Below are positions 42,401-53,423 of a stretch of 64,000 bases of DNA, piece by piece. This DNA comes from Alphaproteobacteria bacterium (GTDB lineage: Bacteria > Pseudomonadota > Alphaproteobacteria > GCA-2731375): NCBI GenBank assembly GCA_965232515.1, contig CBDDPY010000002.1, positions 5,696,001-5,760,000 of the forward strand. Direction: 5' to 3'. The notes below the pieces were generated by a model, which saw only the letters and a program-made list of their open reading frames with translations, did not search any database and was not told where the DNA came from. Made by a program: the position numbers and the translations under genes. Numbering within the stretch: position 1 is the first letter of the stretch; each line of letters starts with the position of its first letter.

Positions 42401-42769
42401 CTCGAAGACGAAACCGGCATCGCCAACGCCGTGGTCTGGCCGAAGACGATGGAGCGTTACCGCCGCCAGGTCATGGGCAGCCGGCTGGTGATCATCCGCG
42501 GCCAGATCCAGCGCCACGAGGACATTATCCACGTCGTCGCCGACCATATCGTCGACGCCTCGGAAGAGCTGCTGCTGCTGTCGGAAGCGGCCGGCGACAT
42601 GGAGGCGCCGCTCGCCCGCGCCGACGAGGTCAAGCGCCCCGGCAAGGACCCCTTCGAGCAGACCGCCGACGCGGCGCCGGCCGCGCGCAGCAGCCTGCCG
42701 CCCCTCAGCCCGTCCCGCCACCCCCGCAACGTCCGCGACCTGGTGCCGCGTTCCCGCGACTTCCACTGA
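39458..42769 (+). CDS. dnaE2: Error-prone DNA polymerase DnaE2 (ImuC)
   Basis: PHP domain, GRGSAANS, PPDIDVDFEH, GFPESHA motifs and C-terminal SRDFH. Confidence 0.97.
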   Translation: MTARDPAYAELQVTTNFSFLRGGSHPDELVRTAKALGLAAIAVTDRNSFAGVVRAHVAAKEHDMRLIVGVRLDLQDAPSLLAYPTDRAAYGRLSRLLTHGKRRADKGECELYFDDVCDHAEGQVFVLLPPETWEQDALAAETRDIAHRLQAPLYLAAHYCYRGDDRRRIARLAAVAEAAGVKLLATNDVHYHDPDRRPLQDVVTCIREGCSIADAGYRLAANAERYLKPPAEMARLFAGHEDAVARTREIAEACTFSLDELRYNYPDEPVPAGKTPQQHLEDITWRGAASRYPDGVPPKVEAVLKKELALIAELRYAPYFLTVYDIVHWARGQNILCQGRGSAANSAVCYCLYITSVDPIEIDLLFERFISAERKEPPDIDVDFEHERREEVMQYIYRRYTRERAGIAATVITYRARSAVREVGKVMGLSEDVTAALAGTVWGWSEEGVPDERVREVGLDPTDPVLRQALVLSAELIGFPRHLSQHVGGFVLTRDPLSEVIPIGNAAMADRTFVEWDKDDLDALGILKIDVLALGMLTCIRKCFELLEMHYGESRNLASFFPATDTATYDMLCRADSLGVFQVESRAQMNMLPRLRPRNFYDLVIEVAIVRPGPIQGDMVHPYLRRRDGIEPVEFPSPDPAHGPPDELRRVLGKTKGVPLFQEQAMRIAIEAAKFTPEEANKLRHAMATFRRRGTIETLEKKMVSRMISRGYEPDFAQRCFDQIKGFGEYGFPESHAASFALLVYVSSWLKCHHPAVFACSLLNAQPMGFYAPAQIVRDAREHGVVVRPVDINMSRWDNTLEPCADSTRGMALRLGFRQIKGAGEDAMAAIVDQRGDGYADVEDIFRRANVPAAALEKLAAADAFHALGLDRRQALWQVKALPRTVPLPLFAAADARETGAEPAVALPPLSLSEQVVDDYQTLRLSLKAHPVQFLRARLTADGVVPTAKLSEMRHGQRVTVAGIVLVRQRPGSAKGVIFMTLEDETGIANAVVWPKTMERYRRQVMGSRLVIIRGQIQRHEDIIHVVADHIVDASEELLLLSEAAGDMEAPLARADEVKRPGKDPFEQTADAAPAARSSLPPLSPSRHPRNVRDLVPRSRDFH

Positions 42770-42777
42770 TCGCAGAA

Positions 42778-43869
42778 CTACGGCAGCCGGTTGTAGCGCA
42801 AGAACGCCGAGACGCAGTGCTGGGTGAAGTCGATGCGCGTCGACGGGCGCTTGCGGCCGGCGACGAAGGCGCCGGTGAACCGGTCCAGCGCGGGCGAGGT
42901 CAGCGTGATGCCGTCGCCCAGATCGAGTCCGGTCTGGCCGGGCAGGATCTGAAAGCTCCGGACCTTGGTCATCTCGGCCTCGATCCGCGCCCGCAGGCGG
43001 GGCTTCAGCTCATCGTCCGGCGCCACCAGCGTCAGCGCCGGGATCAACCCCTCCAACGCATAGCAGGTGTTGGCGTGGGGCTTCACCTGTGGCCGCATCT
43101 CGTCGATGTAATGCCGGGCCTGGGCCGTGGCGAATTCGGCGAAGCGCGGGTCCTTGGTCGCCGCGTAGCGTTTCGCCGACGCTGTCGCGCCCCAATGGAA
43201 GAAGCCGATATGCGGCGACGCGCCATAGGCCGCCATCATGTAGTCGTCGACCTGCGGCAGGACGGCCGCGACGTCGGGATCGGCGAAAGTCTGCGCATGG
43301 AACGCCAGCGCCAGCCAGATCTCGCCGTTGTAGTAGTGCGATTCCTTCTCCGACAGCGGTCCCCGCCGAAAACCCGCGCCGGGTTGGTAGAGCGACAACA
43401 GGCCGCGCAGCCAGTCGCCGCGCGCTGGCTCGAAGCGGCCATCGCCGCTGGTGCGGTAGTAGTAGAGCTCGGCCAGGAGGGTCAGCGCCGTGGTGCCGCC
43501 CTTTACGCCGTTCAGCTTGCCGTTGCGCGAGACCAGCCTGCCGCGGCCGTACTCTATCGACAGCAGCGACAGGGCGTTGAGCGCCCGGCGCAACGGTTCG
43601 CGCAGATCGGGATCGTGGCTGTCGGCATAATACTCGCCCAGCGCAAAGGCCGCGCCGGCCTGGCGCACGATATTGTTCTCGCCGGTCGCGCCGTTGCGCA
43701 CGAAATCGAAATCGTAAGCGAACAGGCCGTCCTCGCGCTGGGCCGCCAGCATATGGTCGATGGCCAGCGCCACCGGCGTGCCGGTCGATGGAGACGGCTG
43801 CGCCGCCTGGCCGGCGCCGGCAAGCGGCGCCAGACAGGCGAGCAGCAGGGGCAGTAGGCGGCCGATCAT
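42778..43869 (-). CDS. Secreted helical protein of unknown function (possible alpha/alpha barrel)
   Basis: Signal peptide; QREDGLF.Y, NIVRQAG, YYNGE, RIDFTQH motifs; starts 4 bp after the lipoprotein stop. Confidence 0.7.
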   Translation of the reverse strand: MIGRLLPLLLACLAPLAGAGQAAQPSPSTGTPVALAIDHMLAAQREDGLFAYDFDFVRNGATGENNIVRQAGAAFALGEYYADSHDPDLREPLRRALNALSLLSIEYGRGRLVSRNGKLNGVKGGTTALTLLAELYYYRTSGDGRFEPARGDWLRGLLSLYQPGAGFRRGPLSEKESHYYNGEIWLALAFHAQTFADPDVAAVLPQVDDYMMAAYGASPHIGFFHWGATASAKRYAATKDPRFAEFATAQARHYIDEMRPQVKPHANTCYALEGLIPALTLVAPDDELKPRLRARIEAEMTKVRSFQILPGQTGLDLGDGITLTSPALDRFTGAFVAGRKRPSTRIDFTQHCVSAFLRYNRLP

Positions 43870-43873
43870 TGCG

Positions 43874-44632
43874 TCAGGACCGGACCCGGTATTTCGCCAA
43901 CTCTTTCACCTCGCGCCGTCCGTCGCTCGCATACTGGGTGTCGCGGCGGACATAATGACCGATCCGCGGGGCGTAATACCAGGTTTCCGTCGACACGATC
44001 CGGCTGGCGCGTGCGTTGTAGCGCACGCAGCGGATGCGGTAGGTGGCGAAAGTGCCGGCTTTCACCGAGACCTTTTCCGAACCGTCGACGTTGCATTCGT
44101 ATTTCCGCATGGACGCGTCAACCTCGCCGCTGTCCTTTTGCGTCATCCGTCGTTCGGCGCGCAGCCGCGCGTTGTTGCCGATCTCCAGCGGCCACAGCGC
44201 ATCCTGGTTGCCCCAAACGCGGTGTTGGCCGGTGCGGCTCTTCGTCTCCCAGGCCAGGCGCGGGACGACAAAGTTGCGGTCGCGGGTGAAGCGGCGGCCG
44301 TTCTCGCGCTCGAACGTAACCTCGCTGCCGTTCACGGCGACCACGCGCTCGACGCGACCGTTGGCATAGGTAAAGGTCTCGCCGCGCTTGTAGGTCGGCA
44401 TCGGCGCGTTCGTCCATTTGCCCATCGGATAGTCCGGCTTCTTCTCGCCGCCGAGTGCCGGCAGACCCTGGCTCACGCGCTCCGGAATGGCGCTGATCTT
44501 GTCGGACAGCCGGCTGAAGTCGTCGCTGAAATCCTCCTTGACGGTCTGGCAGGCGCCCAGCGCCAGCGCCGCGGCGGCGATCAGCACCACCTTGGCCGCG
44601 TTCCGCGGGCGGGTCTGGTTCGGTCGGATCAT
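43874..44632 (-). CDS. Lipoprotein of unknown function (beta-rich)
   Basis: Lipobox ALGAC; LWPL.IG, VKAGTF, WYYAP motifs; GAAAGG RBS. Confidence 0.78.
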   Translation of the reverse strand: MIRPNQTRPRNAAKVVLIAAAALALGACQTVKEDFSDDFSRLSDKISAIPERVSQGLPALGGEKKPDYPMGKWTNAPMPTYKRGETFTYANGRVERVVAVNGSEVTFERENGRRFTRDRNFVVPRLAWETKSRTGQHRVWGNQDALWPLEIGNNARLRAERRMTQKDSGEVDASMRKYECNVDGSEKVSVKAGTFATYRIRCVRYNARASRIVSTETWYYAPRIGHYVRRDTQYASDGRREVKELAKYRVRS

Positions 44633-44674
44633 GGTCGGGTCCTTTCGGATCGAGGTTGTTCACATCGTTGCCTC

Positions 44675-44702
44675 GACAACGGCCCGCGCCTCGGTTTCTT
44701 CC
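44675..44702 (-). promoter_or_regulatory. ECF promoter copy 3 (lipoprotein operon)
   Basis: Minus strand reads GGAAGAA-accGAGGcgcggg-CCGTTGT, with the same spacing as copies 1 and 2. Confidence 0.7.
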
Positions 44703-44757
44703 CTGCCGTGTTGGAAAAATGTAGGTATCGTGTCCCGATATACGAGGATCCAAAACG

Positions 44758-44788
44758 CCAAATGCCCGCAAAGGTCGCGGGCATTTGG
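44758..44788 (-). terminator. Probable terminator after the anti-sigma gene
   Basis: 12-bp stem CCAAATGCCCGC/GCGGGCATTTGG, followed by CGTTTT on the minus strand. Confidence 0.5.
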
Positions 44789-44815
44789 TTAACGTATTGA
44801 ATTTTAGACGATTTC

Positions 44816-44844
44816 GTCATTGCCGGGCTTGACCCGGCAATCCA
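44816..44844. repeat. REP-like palindrome
   Basis: GTCATTGCCGGGCTTGACCCGGCAATCCA; related copies at 63398 and 63456. Confidence 0.75.
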
Positions 44845-44883
44845 GGTCTGTCCCCGACACGTCGAAAGCAGCGCCGAGGCCGG

Positions 44884-45651
44884 CTATTTCCAGCCGCCCG
44901 CCAGCGCCGCCGCCTCGGCCTCGGCGTCGAGCGGCATGTCGGCCATCAGCTCGTCGATAAAGGTCTCCAGGCTTTCCATGCCCCCGCTCGCCGGCTGGAA
45001 GTTGCCGCCGCTGGAGGCCTGGGCGGCAATGGCGAACTGTGCCTGCCATTGCCCGTCGCCGCGGCAGGCGATGCCGATGCTGCCCTGGCTGCCCGTGGAT
45101 CCGCTCGCCTGGAACTCGCGGCAGAACCGGCCGTCGGTGTCGCGGAATGTCAGCAACGGCGTGATCGCGCCGCCGTCCCAGGCCAGGGCCTGACCGCTCG
45201 GCGTGCCCTCGAGCGCCGCATGCAGCCGCGATTCCGTCGAAATGCCGCCGAGCAGCATGCCCGAATCTTCCGGCGTCACGGTCTGGCTCGACAGCGTCCA
45301 GCCACCGGCGATGCCGACGGCCAGCGCGATCGACGCCGCCAGCGGCAGAGCGAAGCGGCGAACCGGTCCGGCCGTGCGCGCGGCGCGCCGGGCGGCGAAG
45401 TCGACGACATCGCCCGACGCCGCCGGTTCTGCGCTCTGGTCATCGAACGGCGCCAGCAGGTGCGGCGGAACTTGCTCATCCATCGGTGCGGCGAAGGCGT
45501 CCTGGGCAAGTCTCGTGGACTCTCGGAACATCCGGACCGTCTCGCTGGCCGCGGGATCGTTGGCCAGCATGGCCTCGACCTCGGACGCCGTCGCGGCGTC
45601 AAGTTCGCCGTCGACATAGGCCATCAGCGTTTCGTCGTTAAGCAGCACCAT
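44884..45651 (-). CDS. Transmembrane anti-sigma factor
   Basis: LMAYVDGEL N-terminal anti-sigma domain, one TM segment, periplasmic FCREF...IACR Cys pair; overlaps the sigma gene. Confidence 0.85.
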   Translation of the reverse strand: MVLLNDETLMAYVDGELDAATASEVEAMLANDPAASETVRMFRESTRLAQDAFAAPMDEQVPPHLLAPFDDQSAEPAASGDVVDFAARRAARTAGPVRRFALPLAASIALAVGIAGGWTLSSQTVTPEDSGMLLGGISTESRLHAALEGTPSGQALAWDGGAITPLLTFRDTDGRFCREFQASGSTGSQGSIGIACRGDGQWQAQFAIAAQASSGGNFQPASGGMESLETFIDELMADMPLDAEAEAAALAGGWK

Positions 45652-46177
45652 TGCCGATCTCCGTTATTGTCGTGGCGGCCGTCGCCTCGCTGCCGTAGGC
45701 AGCCTCGTACAGCCGGCGCCGGGCCCGAGCGAGACGGCTGGTCACCGTGCCCATAGGCAGGCCCAGCGTCTCGGCCGTTTCCTTGTAGGAACGGCCATCG
45801 ATGGAGACCATGGTCAGCACGATCCGCTGATCCTCCGGCAGATCGGCCATGGCGCGGCGCACCTTGTCCAGCGTCAGGCGTGATTCCACCGTCCGCCGCC
45901 CGTCGTCGCCGGCGATATGCGTGGCGGCGTCCAGGTCGGACTGATGTCCCCTGACTTTCTGGGCCCTCAGCCGGTCGATCCGGATCGTCTGAATGATGCG
46001 GAACATCCAGCTGTCGAGCCGTGTGCCTTCCTGCCACTGATCGAGGCGGGCGAGCGCACGTTCGCAGGCGGCTTGCACCAGATCGTCTCCTTCGTCGATC
46101 GATCCCGTTAAGGAATAAGCGAACCGGCGCAATCGTGGAAGTAGCGCAACCATTTGCTGTTTCGTGTGATCTGACAC
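45638..46177 (-). CDS. ECF sigma factor
   Basis: LPRLRRFA, DDLVQ, SWMFRI (region 2); SYKETAETLGLPMGTVTSRLARAR (region 4). Confidence 0.95.
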   Translation of the reverse strand: MSDHTKQQMVALLPRLRRFAYSLTGSIDEGDDLVQAACERALARLDQWQEGTRLDSWMFRIIQTIRIDRLRAQKVRGHQSDLDAATHIAGDDGRRTVESRLTLDKVRRAMADLPEDQRIVLTMVSIDGRSYKETAETLGLPMGTVTSRLARARRRLYEAAYGSEATAATTITEIGNGAA

Positions 46178-46202
46178 CGGTCCTCATCCCTTCGCGCACC
46201 AC

Positions 46203-46230
46203 AACAACGGATTGGTCCACGACTTCTTCC
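46203..46230 (-). promoter_or_regulatory. ECF promoter copy 2 (autoregulatory)
   Basis: Minus strand reads GGAAGAA-gtcGTGGaccaat-CCGTTGT upstream of the sigma gene. Confidence 0.75.
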
Positions 46231-46320
46231 CGCCGGAATCAAAAAAACTTTTCCGGGCCGGATCTCGCGCCCGCAAGATCCGGGGTAATCGGGACTTGTG
46301 CCAATAATTTTTTGGCGCCC

Positions 46321-46347
46321 GGAAGAAACTGTGGATAGCGCCGTTAT
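46321..46347 (+). promoter_or_regulatory. ECF promoter copy 1 (subtilase)
   Basis: GGAAGAA-actGTGGatagcg-CCGTTAT upstream of the S8 gene. Confidence 0.75.
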
Positions 46348-46407
46348 ATTTAGCAGTGTGGCGGCCTGACAGTGAAGCTGCTCACCCGATGACGGGCTGA
46401 ATTAACC

Positions 46408-47903
<1,496 letters not shown>

Positions 47904-47907
<4 letters not shown>

Positions 47908-50900
47908 AACAGTTCGAGCTGATTGTCCGCGGCCGGTTTGCGGCGGGCCTTTGTTTTGGTGTGCTCCAGCAATTCGGCCTCGATGTCGAGTAGGAACGGC
48001 GAGAGGGCCAGGTTCTGGACGCGGCCGCGCCACTGCCGTTGCTCCGCCCGGCTCAGCAGCAGCCGGTCCTGCGCCCGGGTCATGCCGACATAGAACAGCC
48101 GCCGTTCTTCAGCCAATGCCGCGGCGTCGGGCCGGCCCCAGTAGAGCGGCAGCACGCCGTCCTCAAGCCCGGTGATGAAGACCACCGGGAACTCCAGGCC
48201 CTTGGCGGCGTGCAGCGTGAGCAGCGAGATCCTATCGGCGCGCGGGTCCCAGAGATCGGCCTCGGTGGCGAGCGCCACGGCTTCGGCGAAGCGTTCCGGA
48301 TCGCCATCGCAGGTTTCCGCCAGCGCTTTGAGCTGTTGCAGCGCCGTGTCGGCGTCGTCAAGACCGGCGGCCGCTTGCTCCAGCTTGCGCGCCAGCGACG
48401 GCGCGTCGACCTCGTCGAGCCGGTGCAGCAGCGCTTGCACCGCTGGCCGCTCGACCAGACGGTCGTGGCCATGCTTCTGGTAGGGCATGCCCGAGCGCGC
48501 CAGCGCCTCGACCAGCACGTCCGCCTGGGCATCCGTGCGGTACAGCACCGCGAAGTCGGCGAAGGACAGGTCGGCGGCCATGCCGTCCGAGGTGCGGCCG
48601 CTGTCGATCGAGAAGAAGCTGTGGCCGCCGATCATCTGCTCGATGCTGTGCACGACGAACTCGGCCTCGGCCCGTTCGCTGCGCGTGGTGTGGATGGTGA
48701 TGTGGTCGGCCATCTCGCGCACCGCCTCCGAGACCGGCGATATCTCATTGGCCGTGGCGATGATCTGGGCCGAGGCCGTGACGATAGTGCCGCTGGAGCG
48801 GTAGTTGCGCGTCAGGTGAACGGTGCGGGCGGCCGGATAGTCGGTCGCGAAGCGCCGGAAGCAGCTGGCGTCGGCGCCCCGGAAACCGTAGATCGCCTGG
48901 TTCGGATCGCCGATGACGCAGAGGTTCGCCTCCGCCGGCGCCAGCAGCTTGATCAGGCGGTATTGCTGTTCGTCCACGTCCTGGAACTCGTCGACCGAGA
49001 TCCAGCGATAGCGGTCGCAATACTGCGCCGCCAGGCCCGGATCGGCTTTGAGCGTCCGCAACGCCACGCCCACGAGATCGTCGAAGTCGAGCCAGTTGCG
49101 CACCGACATGGCCTCGGCATAGGCCGCCATCGCCGCCGCCACATCGTCATCCGCCACGGCCTGCGTGCGTTTCGCCGTCGAGATCGCCCGCAGCAGCGAT
49201 GCGGCCTTGCGCTCCGACACCTCTAGGCTTTCGGCCAGCAGCGTCCGCCGTTCGTCGTCGTCGGCGATCCGGAAGCCACGGTGCAGCCCGGCGGCGTTTG
49301 TCTGCTCGCGCAGGATCGACAGCCCCAGCGAATGGAACGTGTGCACCGGCAGGCGCGCGCCGTCGGCCGGCAACAGGTCCGCCAGCCGTTCGGTCATCTC
49401 CGCCGCCGCCCGGCGCGTGAAGGTGATCGCCAGGCACTGCGCCGCCGGCACGCCGTGTTCGGCGATCAGGTGAGCGATACGCCGGGTCAGCGTGCGGGTC
49501 TTGCCCGAGCCCGGTCCGGCCGCGATCAACAACGGGCCGTGCACGATCTCGGCGGCCGCGCGCTGATCCGCGTCCAGCCCGGCCAACAAGCCGGTATCGG
49601 TCGCGATGGGTGTCGGCTCGGGCGTCGGTTCCGGTGTTGGCGCTTTCGGCAGGGGCTCGGGCGTCGCCGGCGCCGGCTTGTCGAACAGCGACTCCGGCAG
49701 ATCGAACAACAGGCCGCCGGCCGTATGCCGGCGCAGCTCGGCTTTGTCGAACAAACGGATCACGCCGTATTCACCGTCATAGCCGGCATCGCGGATCACC
49801 TTGCCCGCGCGCAACCGGGTGATGGCTTCGGCCAGCAGTGACGAATCGGCCCGGGCAATGTCCTCGACCGGCACGGTTTCCAAGAGCGGCAGTTCCGCCC
49901 CCAACCGGCCCAGCAGCCGCTCGTAGCTGCGGCCGACTTTCTGGCTGTTCGGTCCGGCGCCGACGATCTCGGACAGGATCTCCGGCAGCGGCACCAGGCT
50001 CGCGACGTCGCCCGCCGTCGCCGGCGGCGGCGCCTCGGCTTCGCTACGGTCAGCCAGGGCGTCGACCCGGTGCATGACGCCCACCGTCACCGGCTGGCCG
50101 CAGACGGGACAGCGGCCGTCGTTCGCCTTGGTCTCCTCGGGCGTCAGGCGGATGCCGCATTTGCGGTGGCCGTCCATGTGGTACTTGCCTTCCTCGGGGA
50201 AGAACTCGACGGTGCCGACATAGCCCTCGCCCGTCTCCAGCGCCCGGCGCAGCGCGAAGTAATCGAGGTCGGTGTCGAACAGCGTCGCCTCGCGGCCCAG
50301 CTTCGCCGGCGAATGCGCGTCCGAGTTCGAGACCAGGCGGTACTTGTCGAGGAACGAGATCCGCCAGTTCATCGCCGGGTCCGACGACAGCCCGGTCTCG
50401 ACCGCGAAGATGTGGTCGGCGAGATCGCCGTAGCATTCGGTGATCGAATCGAAGCCCGAACGCGAACCCAGCACCGCGAACCAGGGCGTCCAGATATGCG
50501 CCGGCACCAGATAGGCGTCCGGGCTCGAGGCAAGCGTGATCTCGAGCAGATGCCGCGAATCCAGGCCCAGGATCGGCCGTCCGTCCGATGCGATGTTGCC
50601 GATGCGCCCGAGCTGCGCCACCACCCGGTCGGCGGCCTCGAAGTCCGGCACGTAGATCAGGTGATGGATCTTCCGCGTCAGCTCGCCCTTCTTGTAGATC
50701 GTCGAGATCTCGACCGACAGCATGAACCGGGTCGGCCCCTGGCACGCCGCCGGCAGCCGCGCCGCCACCGCCTGTTCCAGATCCGGCCGCAGCCGGAACA
50801 GGCCCGGTTCGGCCGGCACCAGCTTTTCCTTCAGCTCGGCGAGCCAGACGGGATGCGTGAAGTCGCCGGTGGCGACGACGGCGATGCCCTTCTTGCGCGC

Positions 50901-50987
50901 CCAGTAGGCGAGGTTTTCCAGATCGCAGTTCTTGCTGGTGGCGCGGGAATGCTTCGAATGGATGTGCAGATCGGCGTGATAGCGCAT
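47904..50987 (-). CDS. EndoQ-like PHP nuclease fused to a UvrD/Rep-family helicase
   Basis: N-terminal HADLHIHS, TGD, PAH, SDAHS, HRKC..CPVC; Pro/Thr linker; AGPGSGKT, DEFQD, GDPNQAIYGFRG, NYRS, TLHAAKGLEF, EERRLFYVGMTRA. Confidence 0.9.
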
Positions 50988-51119
50988 GCGCTGTCGTCCC
51001 AAGGCTCGGGCCAGAAGGCACCGTCCCCGGCGAATCGGTGCGCGTCGCCAATTATCGCATGCCGTGCATGGCGCGATGTGTCAGCCTTGTGGCAACGGCA
51101 CGGAGAAGGAGGTCCCGCC

Positions 51120-51599
51120 ATGGTGACACCCGTCGCATCCAGCCTGTCGCTGAGCGACGCCGCCCTCATTGTCGACGAGGTGCTGGCCGCGGCGCGCGCC
51201 GAGGCCATGCTGCCGCTCGCCGTCGCCGTGCTCGACGCCGGCGGTCATCTCGTGGCCTTCAAACGGGAGGACGGCTGCGGCATCCTGCGCGTCGACATTG
51301 CCTGCGGCAAGGCCTGGGGCGCCATCGGCATGGGCGTATCGGGCCGCCTGTTGCGCGAGCGCCTCGGCGACCGGCCGGCCTTCCAGAACGCGCTCGCCGC
51401 CGCCAGCGACGGCAGGTTCGTGCCCGTCCCGGGCGGCGTGCTGGTCCGCGACGCCGGCGGTCAGGTCATTGGCGCCGTCGGCATCAGCGGCGATACGTCG
51501 GACCGCGACGAATACTGCGCGATCGTCGGCATCCGCGCCGCCGGCTTGTCGCCCGATCCGGAGGAACCGGACCCCAACTGGCGCGGCTCCGGACTCTAA
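51120..51599 (+). CDS. GlcG/HbpS-family heme-binding protein
   Basis: VAVLDAGG, REDG, IACGKAW, PGGVLV, IGAVGISG..SDRDE motifs; AAGGAGG RBS. Confidence 0.88.
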   Translation: MVTPVASSLSLSDAALIVDEVLAAARAEAMLPLAVAVLDAGGHLVAFKREDGCGILRVDIACGKAWGAIGMGVSGRLLRERLGDRPAFQNALAAASDGRFVPVPGGVLVRDAGGQVIGAVGISGDTSDRDEYCAIVGIRAAGLSPDPEEPDPNWRGSGL

Positions 51600-51602
51600 C
51601 CA

Positions 51603-51727
51603 GCCCTCATCCTCCCACGAACTGGCGTCCGCGGGTCCCTCCCTCTCCCGTAAACGGGAGAGGTGCCGACAAACCGCAGCGGTGACAGCCCCCTCTCCCG
51701 CTTGCGGGAGAGGGAAGGGGTGAGGGC
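51603..51727. repeat. CCCTCTCCC...GGGAGAGGG-type palindromic element (paired)
   Basis: Hairpins at 51641-51663 and 51691-51714 inside GCCCTCA...TGAGGGC ends, between convergent genes. Confidence 0.75.
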
Positions 51728-51755
51728 AGCGGAATTCGAGATTGAAAATGTGTGC

Positions 51756-53411
51756 CTACTTGGCATCCCCCCGACGCAAGGCCGCGATCGCGTTCGCCAG
51801 CCCGTTCGTCGAACAATCATGACCGCCGACCTCCGCGCCCGCCTGCAACTCCGCCAGCAGTGGCGCGGCGAGCTGCTTGCCCAGCTCCACCCCCCACTGG
51901 TCGAACGAGTTCACGCCCCAGACCGCGCCCTGCACGAAGATCTTGTGCTCGTAGAGCGCCACCAGCGCGCCGAGCACTTCCGGCGTCAGCTTGGCGGAGA
52001 GAATGGAGTTGCTCGGCCGGTTGCCGGGAAACACCTTGTGCGGCAGCAACGCCTCCATCGCCGCGCCGCTCAGGCCCTGGGCCGCAAGCTCGGCCCGGGC
52101 CTCGTCGGCCGTCTTACCGCGCATCAGCGCCTCGGTCTGGGCCAGGAAGTTCGCCAGCAGCTTGTCGTCGTGATCGCGCCAGGGCGTGTGGCTTGTCGCC
52201 GCGGCGATGAAATCCGTCGGCACGAATTCACTGCCCTGGTGCAGCAGCTGGAAGAACGCGTGCTGACCGTTGGTGCCGGGCTCGCCCCAGATCACAGGCG
52301 CCGTGGCGTAATCGACCGGCCGGCCGTCGCGGGTCACGAACTTGCCGTTGCTCTCCATATCGGCCTGCTGCAGGTGCGCCGACAGGCGGTGCAGATGCTG
52401 GTCGTAGGGCAGCACCGCATGGCTCGCGGCGTGAAAGAAGTTCCGGTACCAGATCCCCAGCAGCCCAAGGATCATCGGCATGTTCTTCTCCGCCGGCGCG
52501 GTACGGAAATGTTCGTCCATGGCGTACGCGCCCGCCAGCAATTTCTCGAACCGGTCCATGCCGACGGCGACCGTGATCGGCAGGCCGATCGCCGACCACA
52601 GCGAATAGCGGCCGCCGACCCAGTCCCAGAACACGAACATGTTGGCCGGATCGATGCCGAAGGCCGCGACCGCGTCCGGGTTCGCCGACAGCGCGACGAA
52701 ATGCTTCGCCACGGCCGCCTCGTCGCCAAGATGCTCGACCAGCCAGGCCCGCGCGCTGCCGGCGTTGGTCATGGTCTCCTGCGTCGTGAAGGTCTTGGAG
52801 GCGACGATGAACAGCGTCCGCGCCGGATCGAGCCCCTGCAGCCGGTCGTAGAGATCGGCGCCGTCCACATTGGCGACGAAATGCACCCGAAGATCAGACC
52901 GCTGATAGGGCTTCAGCGCCTCCACCACCATGCGCGGCCCCAGGTCGGAGCCGCCGATACCGATATTGACCACGTCCGTGATCGTCTCGCCGGTATGGCC
53001 GCGCCAGCTGCCGTCGCGCACCGCCGTGCTGAAGCCCCGCATCTGCGCCAGCACGGCGTTCACCGCGGGCATCACATCGGCGCCGTCGACCAGAATCGGC
53101 CGGTTCGAGCGGTTGCGCAGCGCCACGTGCAGGACCGCCCGGTCCTCGCTGCTGTTGATCCGTTCGCCCGCGAACATGGCGTCGCGCCGTCCCGCCACGT
53201 CGGCCGCGTCGGCGAGCCGCAACAGCAGCGGCAGCGTCGCATCGGTGATGCGGTTCTTCGAATAGTCCAGCAGCAGCCCGGCCGCCGACAGCGAGAAGCG
53301 CGGGAACCGGTCCGGCTCGGCCGCGAACAGGTCGCGCATGTGCAGCGGCGCGACCTCGGCCTGATGCGCTTCCAGATCTTTCCAAGCCGACGAATTGGTC
53401 AGGTCCGACAT
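51756..53411 (-). CDS. pgi: Glucose-6-phosphate isomerase
   Basis: [49 protein letters not shown] motifs. Confidence 0.98.
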   Translation of the reverse strand: MSDLTNSSAWKDLEAHQAEVAPLHMRDLFAAEPDRFPRFSLSAAGLLLDYSKNRITDATLPLLLRLADAADVAGRRDAMFAGERINSSEDRAVLHVALRNRSNRPILVDGADVMPAVNAVLAQMRGFSTAVRDGSWRGHTGETITDVVNIGIGGSDLGPRMVVEALKPYQRSDLRVHFVANVDGADLYDRLQGLDPARTLFIVASKTFTTQETMTNAGSARAWLVEHLGDEAAVAKHFVALSANPDAVAAFGIDPANMFVFWDWVGGRYSLWSAIGLPITVAVGMDRFEKLLAGAYAMDEHFRTAPAEKNMPMILGLLGIWYRNFFHAASHAVLPYDQHLHRLSAHLQQADMESNGKFVTRDGRPVDYATAPVIWGEPGTNGQHAFFQLLHQGSEFVPTDFIAAATSHTPWRDHDDKLLANFLAQTEALMRGKTADEARAELAAQGLSGAAMEALLPHKVFPGNRPSNSILSAKLTPEVLGALVALYEHKIFVQGAVWGVNSFDQWGVELGKQLAAPLLAELQAGAEVGGHDCSTNGLANAIAALRRGDAK

Positions 53412-53423
53412 GCAAGCATTCCT

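Noticed and set aside
49600-49680. PTPE repeats as a tandem-repeat element
   Set aside because: They form a short Pro-rich interdomain linker within the EndoQ-UvrD fusion.
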